This document shows positions 50,557 to 62,517 of a stretch of DNA of 64,000 bases, piece after piece (the first letter of the stretch is position 1; the number at the start of each line of letters is the position of its first letter). The DNA is from Cyanophora paradoxa CCMP329 (lineage: Eukaryota; Plantae; Glaucophyta), in NCBI GenBank assembly GCA_004431415.1, contig QPMI01000634.1, forward strand, positions 52,751 to 116,750, given 5' to 3'. Made by a program: the position numbers and the translations under genes. The notes below the pieces were generated by a model that did not search any database, was not told the DNA's origin, and was given only the letters and a program-made list of their open reading frames with translations.

Positions 50557-51584
50557 AGCAGCAGCAGCACAGAGCGGACGCGGCGTGGGACGATCGGACG
50601 ATCGTACCAGCGCCAAATTCGGCGTTCGACCACGGTGTCGGCGAAGCCACAGCGTCCGGAAAAGGTCAGTGGGCCTTCGCGCGGCCTGGGCGGCCCGCAG
50701 ACTTGTCTGCAATCACGGCGCCCGACCTCGCACCCACGACCCGGTCCGCGCAACGACGGCATTTCGTCTGCATCGGTCGTAAGCGCCAGCCCGCGCTCCC
50801 CCTCCCGGAGCCACGCCCGCGCGTTTTCCCGCTCGTGCGATGCTTGAGAGCCGCGGACGGCCGCCATCGTCGGCCCAGCGGCTTCCAGTCATGATGAGAT
50901 TCTAACGATTAGCCGATCGCGCAGAGATCGCGCCGACTCACCACGGCGTCACGGACCCGCCGCTGGCTCCGACGTTCGTGACAGGGCGCGATCTCCCTCC
51001 CCTACGCGCGCGCCCTCGTGAGGCAGTCCGCCTGCTTTTGGATCGTTCGATTCACGGAATTCGATCCGCAGGCCATGCATATGGCGCGGGCGCCCACCCG
51101 GCTCGCCCGATTGCCTCCGCAAGCGCGCCCTCGCGGCTGCGACCTCCCCTCCCCGCGGAGTTGGGCGCCGAGTAGCGGCCCGGGGCGCCGAATAGCGGCT
51201 GCAGCCCAGAGCCCTCCCGTTTTGCCTGGCCTCCCTGCCGGCACGCGCGCGCCTATACGGCTGCGGACGCCTTCCCTCCATTTCTGGGGCGCCGATTGAT
51301 GGCTGCATCCCGCAGTTCTCCCATGCTCCGGCGCTAGCCGTTGAGCCTGCTCCGGCGCCAGCCGTCGAGCCCGCTCCGGCGGCAGCCGTCGAGCCAGTCT
51401 GGCCTGCCCACGGTGCGCCCGCGACGCCCCTGCCTTCACTGAGCTTAGCTCACATGCTGAACGCAGCAAACTGGGCGCGTTCGGGCGATCAGCTGTCTAG
51501 AAAGCCAGGCTTGAGGGTGCGCTCACCTGTGCGCAGCGGCTCAGCCCGAATCCTGGCGGCCGGACGGCCTTCAGCGAGCCCTCG

Positions 51585-53620
51585 GGTACGCGCCTCCCTA
51601 TCGCTTCGGCGCAGGCGCAGTCTCGCCTGACGCGGCTCCCGCAGTTTCAGACTGCGGAGTGGCCTGGGGCGGCCCTCTTGGTGCGCCCCGCTCCCTCTCT
51701 GAGGTGGCCCCGCAGTTTCAGACTGCGGAGGGCTCGGGGCGAACCTTCTTGGTGCGCCACCCTCTCCTCTCTCGGCGCAGGCGCAGCCGCGCCTGACGCA
51801 GCCCCGCAGTTTCAGACTGCGGAGCGGCCGGGGCGGCCCTCTCGGTGCGCCCGCTCCCTCTCTGAGGTGGCCCCGCAGTTTCAGACTGCGGAGCGGCCCG
51901 GGGCGGCCCCTCTCGGTGCGCCCCGCTCTCTCTCTGAGGTGGCCCCGCAGTTTCAGACTGCGGAGCGGCCTGGGGCAGCCCTCTCGGTGCGCCCCGCTCT
52001 CTCTCTGAGGTGACCCCCGCAGTTTCAGACTGCGGAGCGGCCCGGGCGGCCCCTCTCGGTGCGCCCGCTCTCTCTCTCTGAGGTGGCCCCGCAGTTTCAG
52101 ACTGCGGAGCGGCCTGGGCAGCCCTCTCGGTGCGCCCCGCTCTCTCTGTGAGGTGGCCCCCGCAGTTTCAAACTGCGGAGCGGCCTGGGGCGTCCTTCTC
52201 GCGTGCGCCCCCCTCTCGCTTCGGCGCAGGCGCAGCCTCGCCGACGCAGCCCCGCAGTTTCAGACTGCGGAGGGCCGGGGCGAACCTTCTTGGTGCGCCC
52301 CTCTCTCCTCTCTCAGCGCAGGCGCAGCCGCGCCGGACGCAGCCCCCGCAGTTTCAGACTGCGGAGGGCCCGGGGCGAACCTTCTTGGTGCGCCCCCCGC
52401 TCCTCTCTCGGCGCAGGCGCAGCCACGCCTGACGCGGCCCCGCAGTTCAGCTGCGGAGTGGCCTAGGGCGGCCCTCTTGGTGCGCCCCGCTCTCTCTCTG
52501 AGGTGGCCCCGCAGTTTGAGACTGCGGAGCGGCCTGGGCGAACCTTCTTGGTGCGCCACCCTCTCCTCTTCCGACGCAGGCGCAGCCGCGCCTGACGCAG
52601 CCTCCGCAGTTTCAGACTGCGGAGCGGCCCGGGCGGCCCCCTTGGTGCGCCCCGCTCTCTCTCTCTCTCTCTCTCTCTGAGGTGGACCCGCAGTTTCAGA
52701 CTGCGGAGCGGCCCGGGCGGCCCTCTCGGTGCGCCCCGCTCTCTCTCTGAGGTGGCCCCGCAGTTTCAGACTGCGGAGCGGCCTGGGCAGCCCCTCTCGG
52801 TGCGCCCGCTCTCTCTCTGAGTGGCCCCGCAGTTTTCAGACTGCGGAGCGGCCCGGGGCGGCCCCTCTCGGTGCGCCCCGCTCTGTCTCTCTGAGGTGGC
52901 CCCGCAGTTTCAGACTGCGGAGCGGCCTGGGGCAGCCCTCTCGGTGCGCCCCGCTCTCTCTGTGAGGTGGCCCCGCAGTTTCAAACTGCGGAGCGGCCTG
53001 GGGCGTCCCTTCTCGCGTGCGCCCCCCTCTCGCTTCGGCGCAGGCGCAGCCTCGCCGACGCAGCCCCGCAGTTTCAGACTGCGGAGCGGCCCGGCGCCAC
53101 CCACTCGGCGTGCGCCCCTCCCCTCTTCAGCGCAGGCGCAGCCGCGCCCGACGCGGCCTCCACAGTTTTTGAACTGCGGGCGGCCCGGGGCGAACTTCTC
53201 GGTGCGCCCCCTTCTCTCTTCGGCGCAGGCGCAGCTCGCCTGACGCGGCCCCGCAGTTTCGAACTGCGGGGCGGCCCGGGGCGAGCCTCTTGGTGAACGC
53301 CCCGCTCTTCTCTTCGGCGCAGGCGCAGCCGCGCCTGATGACGCGGCCCACCGCAGTTTTCGAACTGCGGGGCGGCCCGGGGCGACCTGCTTGGTGCGCC
53401 CCTCTCTCCTCTTCGGCGTAAGCGCGCCTGACGCGGCCCCGCAGTTTCAGACTGCGGAGTGGCCTGGGGCGGCCCTCTTCTTCTTCTGGGCGGCAGACTG
53501 CGCAGCGGCCGAAGGGCTTCTGGGTGCGCGCCCCCTTTCCCGTGACGCAGGCACAGCCTCGCCTGACATTTACCCCGCAGTCTTAGAGTGCAGGGCGGCT
53601 GCGGCGGCTCTTCTTGGCGG
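51585..53620 (+). repeat. Minisatellite of ~24 units (~70 and ~93 bp) that reads as tandem short introns plus 36-nt microexons, probably part of a + strand gene from ~50560 to ~53760
   Basis: Each unit is GTGCGCC...CTGAG/CTGAC...CCCGCAG followed by TTTCAGACTGCGGAG...CTC(T/C)(T/C)G. The repeat is certain; the splicing interpretation is inferred. Confidence 0.85.
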
Positions 53621-56600
53621 CGCGCCCAGCGCCGCGGCGCAGGCGCAGCCTCGCGGGGCGGCCAAGAGGCGGCACTGGTGGCGCCTCTCCTTGCAGCCCT
53701 GGGCCAGGTGGCCCGCCGCGCCGCCTCCGCCTTGCCTGCCTTGGTGGCAGGCGTACGTGCTTCTGAGCGCTACAATACAAAGGCTCGTTGACCCTAGCTC
53801 TCGCACGGTTGCGCATGCGGCAGGGGCGCGCGCGCAGCGAACCTATAGCCTGGTCTGCGGGCTCACCCTGCGGGCTTGCCCTCCCCGACATCACGGTCCA
53901 ATATATATATAAGCGCCGCAGTACGCCCACAAGTTCTGGCACTGGCAACAGATCTAGATCTAGTGAGCTCGGCTCGGAGCCGCCGAGGCTGCCGAGCCCC
54001 ATTATTATTATATGCATGTACCGGCCGACAAGCCGTCCGACGGTCGCTGAGCCTCGGAGCACGCCGAACTCGCGAACGTGAACGTTAACTTAGGCGAGGC
54101 GCGCGCCACCGCGGCGACCGCCGCGGCTCTTACATATATTCGAATTCATGATCATGCATATGATTGCGAGTCAACTTTCCATCCGGACTCCGGACGCATT
54201 TGCATGCGCATATGCGCATGCAGCGTCACCGAATTTTTTTTTCTCGAGCTCCTTTCGGCCGGCGCGGCGCCGGGCGATCGCGAGCGCTAGCGCTAGATTA
54301 GACGTCGACGCTGAGCGCTACCGGCACTGCCGCCGATCGCGAGTGTGTGCGTCCACCCCGCGGTCAGCAGATCTAGATCTAGATCTAGATCTAGCCTAGT
54401 AGCTGTGCCCGGCGGCCGGATATATATGTATGCAGATACTGCAACGCAAGTTAATTTCGGTGGCGCATACGTATACATGCACATGCACTCTATCTTGAAG
54501 TGGCCCCACGATCCGCACACCTGGCCATGGCACGGCCGCGGTACACGTGCGCTGTACACAGGAGCGGCGCGGGTTTCCGATGTTCGGATATATATCAATC
54601 CGAGTCGACTTGACTCGTCGACGTCAGTGACTCAGTGAGCTTCGCGTGCGATCCGATGATCATGATCAACCATTCATGATCAAATATGATCAATTGTGCG
54701 ATCGCGCGCCGCATGCGCAATATTCAGAATCGCGCGCCGCATGCGCAGCACTCGAACTTGCTCGCAATACGATCGCAATCATGATCATTGATCGTCCAGA
54801 TCGATATCGATCATCAAATAAGACTTATTGTGCGCACTACCGTAGTACTTATACGGTCCGCGGCCGCCACATGCGCGCGCGCATACCAGTACCGGCGTCG
54901 GCACGTCGGCGACTCGGCGGTACCCAGATCTAGACTCTAGATCTTGCAATCGATTCACAGCTTCGCGCCCCCGCCCCGGGCGGCGCCGGGCCCCGGCCCG
55001 GCCTTGAGACCTCAGTCTCTCTCTTATGGCAATTTTACATGCACAACGCTAAGAAGACCACTTCCTGAGTCACCCCTGCGGTTCCAGCTGTCGGTCCGCG
55101 CCGCGCGCGTCATAAAGGTCACTGCCAACCGTTGAATTCGAACGCGAACCGGCGATCTCGCGATCGTCCCTTGCAAAAATTGCACGGCCCGGCGGCGCAC
55201 GTCCTCCCTTCAGCTTGGGAAGGCCGGGGCCGTCGTAATCCGACGCGTACGTCGACGCGACGTGGACGCCGGCCGCAGCGCCCTTGCGGTCATCGGATAC
55301 ATATATTAGTTGGCATTGCAAATTGAGCTGCCAGGCTGTTTTCGGATCGCGATCGGACGTCAACGTACGTCATATATATATCGCTATATATATAGCCTCC
55401 GGGCAACAATTCATGATCAAGCGCCCGCGGCCGGCACCCGTACGCGTCGTAATCAAGCTCAAACGGCGTCGGCGTGAGCTTGCATCAGGACCGTCGGACT
55501 CTAGGATCACGGGACGTACGCGTGCCGCAGCGCGCGTTGCGGCGCGATCTTGGTAGCCTTGGCCGATTGACCCCGGCCCGGCGGTAATTAATGCCTATGC
55601 ACATGATCATATACAGCATTATAGTAACGCGCGCATATCATAGTATATGATTTTGGTCCGACGGTCATATAAAGTAGTACTACGGTATGCTTGCAATTGC
55701 AATTGCACCCCTGGTCATGGACGGACCGGAGTCTTTCGCGCGGCCACGCCGGCACGCGTACGTGTGCACCCAAGCCCTCATGATCATGATCAGGGCCCGG
55801 CCGCGGGGCCTGGCACTGCGCCAATTGTCAACGATGCAAACACGCACGGCAACATTAATTGCACCGTCCGACGAAAATGAACACGTACACTGCCGCGCAG
55901 TGCGCCGGCGCAATTGCGCAATTGCAATCCATCTGCATCGATATCGATTCTACGATATCGATCGCGATACTATGCTGTCGATATCGATACTCCGACCCCG
56001 ATGAGCGAGATCGGCCGCGGAGCGGCAGATCTAGAGTGCCTGTCCTCTAGATCTAGATCTAGATCTCGCGATGCTGTGATGAGCCCACATTGTGTCGAGT
56101 GCCCGTGGCGACGTCAACTTAGAACGTGGCAACAAAACGATCATCGGATGATATCGCTCACAATCATGAATTGCGACAGGGGGGATACCGTGATCTCAAC
56201 GACCCCCCGTGCCCCCGTGACCACTGCGGCCACGTGCACCAGATCGCCCGCGTTCGCGTGCGGGGGTTAACGTTCGAACTAAATTTCAGAATTGAACGGG
56301 CGTTGCCGGATTCTGTTTGAGCTCCTAATATTAATGAAGCTGGCGCACGAACTCGAAAGATGCAGCTGGTGAACTCTCTCGCGAGTCGCGACAAGCTGCA
56401 CGGCGGCGGTCTCGAGCTCGCGACGTTGACGTGCGATCGCGAGCTCGAGTTCAGACTTTCTACGATACATCGAGCTCAAGCTCTTCAGCCGCGGTCAACG
56501 CGGCAGTCCCGGATTCCGATCTCGGAATATAATATCCGTTTTCACATTACGAGCGACATCGATATATCTATCCGATGATCAGTGACTATTAAATTTAATT

Positions 56601-56769
56601 TTTTATAAAGATGGCTATAGCGACTGATCGTGAGCACGCACAGGCTCGCCATAAGCTTGCCATGATGCTGCCCCCCGATAGTTCCACAAGTACTATCGAG
56701 TGCTTCAGCTTAAAAGCTTCTTTTACTTGCTGAGCTGCTGCTGCTGCTTGAGGCCTGGCCTTGGTCTGG

Positions 56770-57651
56770 TTTGTGCACGGCGGGCGAAGCCCGCCGGCCC
56801 ACCAACTATTTCCTGCCTCCGTCTCAAACCGCTGTACTTACCAGCGGTCGCTGTACCCCGCCTCCGAATCACGTGAAGGCTGCGGCCGACCACGTGAGAG
56901 GCCTGGGCCAGATGCCCCTCAAGAAATCGGGCACTAACCCAGAGGGGTACAGCAATTGTAGACTCGCAGTAGCTCGTCAGAAAAAAGCACTTGATGTGGA
57001 CCCCTGGGGAAGCATCCGCCGGTATCCTCGGCTTGAGAGAACTGATAAACCGTGATCCCAACACGGTGGAAGTTCTCTCCGGTTTTGCGCCGCAAAACCG
57101 TGCTCCCGCGACTGCCAAACACAATATATGCACGCAGCAATATAGTCGCGAATTAATAATAGAATAGAAACTAGCCGCCGAGTGGCAGTAGCCGTCGTAC
57201 GCGTGCAGAATAGATCACGTCATAGAAGTAGGTAGAGAAACAATACTCTCGTGATCTATATATAATTCATGCGAGCTTTTCGGCGAAGAAAAGCACGTGA
57301 GGCCAAGCATAAAACGTCGTATGCGCGTAAGCGTAGACGAAGATTGTGCAAGCCGTCAGTGCAAAACAGCCGACAAGCTCAGCTACCGGCGCGCGCCCGG
57401 AAATCGTAACCGCGGCCGCGGCCGGCGCTCGGCTGCGATCGTGATCGCGCACGAGAAAACAAAATATTAATTATGAATGCGAGACGTACCCGTCCGAGCC
57501 GCCACGGGTACCGCTGCTATTGATTGCATCACTGACGCAAGGCGCCCTGAGAGCGCCAGTCCGTCTGAGGCGCGCCGCCCGCCCCGCTCGCGGGCGGCGC
57601 GCCTTGTTCTTCAATCTTTACTACGATCTGTGCGAGGAATCGCCTCGCGCA
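56770..57651 (+). repeat. Segment A (56770-57313) joined directly to segment B copy 2 (57314-57651)
   Basis: A matches 58757-59287 and B matches 50216-50556. Confidence 0.9.
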
Positions 57652-58756
57652 CCCACCCTCCCACACTCGTCGTACACAGTGAAGTATTCGTTCACGTGTA
57701 CTGCAGCTGGCAGACTGAGCTCTGCAGCTGATCGTGAGACAGATCTGCCATGTCATGTCAAATTACAAGTCGCGCTGTCGGCGCTGGACTTGCAATTGCA
57801 ATTAACTTGCAATAGTTAACGTTTCGAGAACCAGGGCCCATTCATGGCTATATATATATTAAACCAGGCTCATGCATATGCCAGTCGAGCTCGGAGCCTC
57901 ATCAGGGGCCTAGCCTGGCCATAAGAGGTCCGCAGTCGAGCTGGAGCCTGCAGTCTTTCGCTGCAGAACGCCTACGTATACGTATACGGCCTATAATTAA
58001 AAATTGGCACGGAGACCGGAACCCGGGTCTCCAATCTGTAGTGCCATGGTCACCGACTAGCTCTAGGCCTAGGCGCGAACCGGATATCGATACACGCACA
58101 CGCGCGATGTCGACGTCCAGCCTCGCGATTAATATTGAGCTCCCCGCATTGAACATGGCCGTCGGAGTAATTCTCTGCATCCGATCCGATCTTTAATTAT
58201 AAGCTCATGTAATTCATGAGCTGGATCGGGTGGATTAATCGCACGATCGCGAGTCCTTCGCAATTGTAAGCCGTGAGCTGCGAATTCGAAGCAAGCCGCA
58301 GGCTGCAAAATGCATATGGCCACGGAAGACTCGCGACCGGAGAAGAGCTCGAGACAAAATCGAGATCGGGCTGATACATTCGACATGGCTGCGGCATCAA
58401 CCCCGCGATTGCGATCGACGCGATTGAAATCGCTAGTATGGCATCGATTGTGCCAAAGCGATCGCACTGCAAGCCGAAGGGATAATAAGGAATAGTGGCA
58501 TCGACGTCGAACTAGCTTGCCTTACCGGATCTAATCTGCGGCTAGAAGCCTGCAGCTGGCGGCGGAGACGCCCAGATCCGAATTTCATATAACGTCGACT
58601 CAGGCTTGTAATTGCACATGCATGGAGAATAGCAGGCTCTTACGTAATTAGAGATCGAGAAAGCGTTAAGCTCGTCGAATGACCGACAAAGCTCGATCCG
58701 CACTGCTTTCTGTGCTGTACTCCATTGAAGAGGCGAGGACAGTCCGTGAGTGTGTG

Positions 58757-59287
58757 GTTGTGCACGGCGGGCGAAGCCCGCCGCCCACCAACTATTTCCT
58801 GCCTCCGTCTCAAACCGCTGTACTTACCACGGTCGCTGTACCCCGCCTCCGAATCACGTGAAGGCTGCGGCCGACCAGTGAGAGCCTGGGCAGATGCCCT
58901 CAAGAAATCGGCACTAACCAGAGGGGTACAGCAATTGTAGACTCGCAGTAGCTCGTCAGAAAAAAGCACTTGATGTGGACCCTGGGAAGCATCCGCCGGT
59001 ATCCTCGGCTTGAGAGAACTGATAAACCGTGATCCAACACGTGGAAGTTCTCTCCGGTTTGCGCCGCAAAACCGTGCTCCCCGCGACTGCCAAACACATA
59101 TATGCACGCAGCAATATAGTCCGCGAATTAATAATAGAATGAAACTAGCCCGCCGAGTGGCAGTAGCCGTCGTACGCGTGGCAGAATAGATCACGTCATA
59201 GAAGTAGTAGAGAAACAATACTCTCGTGATCTATATATATTCATGCGAGCTTTTCGGCGAAGAAAAAGCAGTGAGGCCAAGCATAAA
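58757..59287 (+). repeat. Segment A copy 2, abutting the 291-bp array
   Basis: Near-identical to 56770-57313, ending ...GGCCAAGCATAAA. Confidence 0.9.
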
Positions 59288-62200
59288 TGCGACCTCGCAG
59301 GCATCTTGGGAGCTTCGCTTTCGGCACTCTCGGCGTGGCGCGCCGCACCTGGTGGGCGGGCGCGCGTCTCGCTTCGTAATAAAGGTCAGTATCGCTACTG
59401 CTGCAACTTCTAATCGTTTCGGGCCTGACCCGCGCCTCGCAGAGTGATCGCTTTCTCGGGGGGATGGCTCTGGCGGGCTGTTTCTGAACCGAGTGCTGGG
59501 GCGTCGCTCCGGCCGATCCGAGTGCATGGCGAAGGTCAGTTCCACCATTCATTTCGATATTTGCACTCGTCTCAATCGTGCGACCTCGCAGGCATCTTGG
59601 GAGCTTCGCTTTCGGCACTCTCGGCGTGGCCGCGCCGCACCTGGTGGGCGGGCGGCGCTCTCGCTTCGTAATAAAGGTGAGTATCGCTGCTGCTGCAACT
59701 TCTAATCGTTTCGGGCCTGACCCGCGCCTCGCAGAGTGATCGCTTTCTCGGGGGGATGGCTCTGGCGGGCTGTTTCTGAACCGAGTGCTGGGGCGTCGCT
59801 CCGGCCGATCCGAGTGCATGGCGAAGGTCAGTTCCACATTCATTTCGATATTTGCACTCGTCTCAATCGTGCGACCTCGCAGGCATCTTGGGAGCTTCGC
59901 TTTCGGCACTCTCGGCGTGGCCGCGCCGCACCTGGTGGGCGGGCGGCGCTCTCGCTTCGTAATAAAGGTGAGTATCGCTGCTGCTGCAACTTCTAATCGT
60001 TTCGGGCCTGACCCGCGCCTCGCAGAGTGATCGCTTTCTCGGGGGATGGCTCTGGCGGGCTGTTTCTGAACCGAGTGCTGGGGCGTCGCTCCGGCCGATC
60101 CGAGTGCATGGCGAAGGTCAGTTCCATCATTCATTTCGATATTTGCACTCGTCTCAATCGTGCGACCTCGCAGGCATCTTGGGAGCTTCGCTTTCGGCAC
60201 TCTCGGCTGGCCGCGCCGCACCTGGTGGGCGGGCGGCGCTCTCGCTTCGTAATAAAGGTGAGTATCGCTGCTGCTGCAACTTCTAATCGTTTCGGGCCTG
60301 ACCCGCGCCTCGCAGAGTGATCGCTTTCTCGGGGGATGGCTCTGGCGGGCTGTTTCTGACCGAGTGCTGGGGCGTCGCTCCGGCCGATCCGAGTGCATGG
60401 CGAAGGTCAGTTCCATCATTCATTTCGATATTTGCACTCGTCTCAATCGTGCGACCTCGCAGGCATCTTGGGAGCTTCGCTTTCGGCACTCTCGGCGTGG
60501 CCGCGCCGCACCTGGTGGGCGGGCGGCGCTCTCGCTTCGTAATAAAGGTGAGTATCGCTGCTGCTGCAACTTCTAATCGTTTCGGGCCTGACCGCGCCTC
60601 GCAGAGTGATCGCTTTCTCGGGGGATGGCTCTGGCGGGCTGTTTCTGACCGAGTGCTGGGGCGTCGCTCCGGCCGATCCGAGTGCATGGCGAAGGTCAGT
60701 TCCATCATTCATTTCGATATTTGCACTCGTCTCAATCGTGCGACCTCGCAGGCATCTTGGGAGCTTCGCTTTCGGCACTCTCGGCTTGGCCGCGCCGCAC
60801 CTGGTGGGCGGGCGGCGCTCTCGCTTCGTAATAAAGGTGAGTATCGCTGCTGCTGCAACTTCTAATCGTTTCGGGCCTGACCCGCGCCTCGCAGAGTGAT
60901 CGCTTTCTCGGGGGGATGGCTCTGGCGGGCTGTTTCTGAACCGAGTGCTGGGGCGTCGCTCCGGCCGATCCGAGTGCATGGCGAAGGTCAGTTCCATCAT
61001 TCATTTCGATATTTGCACTCGTCTCAATCGTGCGACCTCGCAGGCATCTTGGGAGCTTCGCTTTCGGCACTCTCGGCGTGGCCGCGCCGCACCTGGTGGG
61101 CGGGCGGCGCTCTCGCTTCGTAATAAAGGTGAGTATCGCTGCTGCTGCAACTTCTAATCGTTTCGGGCCTGACCCGCGCCTCGCAGAGTGATCGCTTTCT
61201 CGGGGGATGGCTCTGGCGGGCTGTTTCTGACCGAGTGCTGGGGCGTCGCTCCGGCCGATCCGAGTGCATGGCGAAGGTCAGTTCCATCATTCATTTCGAT
61301 ATTTGCACTCGTCTCAATCGTGCGACCTCGCAGGCATCTTGGGAGCTTCGCTTTCGGCACTCTCGGCGTGGCCGCGCCGCACCTGGTGGGCGGGCGGCGC
61401 TCTCGCTTCGTAATAAAGGTGAGTATCGCTGCTGCTGCAACTTCTAATCGTTTCGGGCCTGACCCGCGCCTCGCAGAGTTATCGCTTTCTCGGGGGGATG
61501 GCTCTGGCGGGCTGTTTCTGAACCGAGTGCTGGGGCGTCGCTCCGGCCGATCCGAGTGCATGGCGAAGGTCAGTTCCACCATTCATTTCGATATTTGCAC
61601 TCGTCTCAATCGTGCGACCTCGCAGGCATCTTGGGAGCTTCGCTTTCGGCACTCTCGGCGTGGCCGCGCCGCACCTGGTGGGCGGGCGGCGCTCTCGCTT
61701 CGTAATAAAGGTGAGTATCGCTGCTGCTGCAACTTCTAATCGTTTCGGGCCTGACCCGCGCCTCGCAGAGTGATCGCTTTCTCGGGGGGATGGCTCTGGC
61801 GGGCTGTTTCTGAACCGAGTGCTGGGGCGTCGCTCCGGCCGATCCGAGTGCATGGCGAAGGTCAGTTCCATCATTCATTTCGATATTTGCACTCGTCTCA
61901 ATCGTGCGACCTCGCAGGCATCTTGGGAGCTTCGCTTTCGGCACTCTCGGCTTGGCCGCGCCGCACCTGGTGGGCGGGCGGCGCTCTCGCTTCGTAATAA
62001 AGGTGAGTATCGCTGCTGCTGCAACTTCTAATCGTTTCGGGCCTGACCCGCGCCTCGCAGAGTGATCGCTTTCTCGGGGGATGCATATGGCTCTGGCGGG
62101 CTGTTTTCTGAACCGAGTGCTGGGGCGCGCCGGCGTCGCTCCAGCCGATCCGAGTGCATGGCGAAGGTCAGTTCCATCATTCATTTCGATATTTGCACTC

Positions 62201-62344
62201 GTCTCACTCGTAGCGTCCTATCGCAGGCATCTTGGGAGCTTCGCTTTCGGCACTCTGCCTCTCGGCGTGGCGTGCGCAGCTGCGATTCGGAGGGAGCCTG
62301 CAGGCGCGCGGCGCTCGTACTTCGTAAATTAAAGAGGCGAGTAT
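59288..62344 (-). repeat. Tandem array of ~291-bp units, 10 copies plus a degenerate end; inverted homolog of the 336-bp array
   Basis: TGCGACCTCGCAGG starts at 59288, 59579, 59870, 60161 ... 61905. The reverse complement aligns collinearly with the 336-bp unit. Confidence 0.97.
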
Positions 62345-62517
62345 AATTAAATTAAAGAGGCTAGTAGCACTATCAATATAGCTAACAAAGATGGCTTTTG
62401 GTTAAAGCGCTATCTTTAGTGTACATGTTTTAATTTTAGCGATAGGCGAGCACTACCAGCAATTTTAATGCGTTAGTACTAGAGTTTTCATCATGGTTCA
62501 CCGATCGCGAGTCACGG

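Noticed and set aside
51630-53460. CRISPR-like array (palindromic repeat CCGCAGTTTCAGACTGCGG with intervening sequence)
   Set aside because: The intervening sequences are homologous to each other rather than unique spacers, there are no cas genes, and the context is eukaryotic. An intron/microexon or minisatellite reading fits better.
59241-62184. Long repeated ORFs in the 291-bp array
   Set aside because: The frame shifts between units, the homologous 336-bp unit has stops, and the differences in the core are not synonymous.
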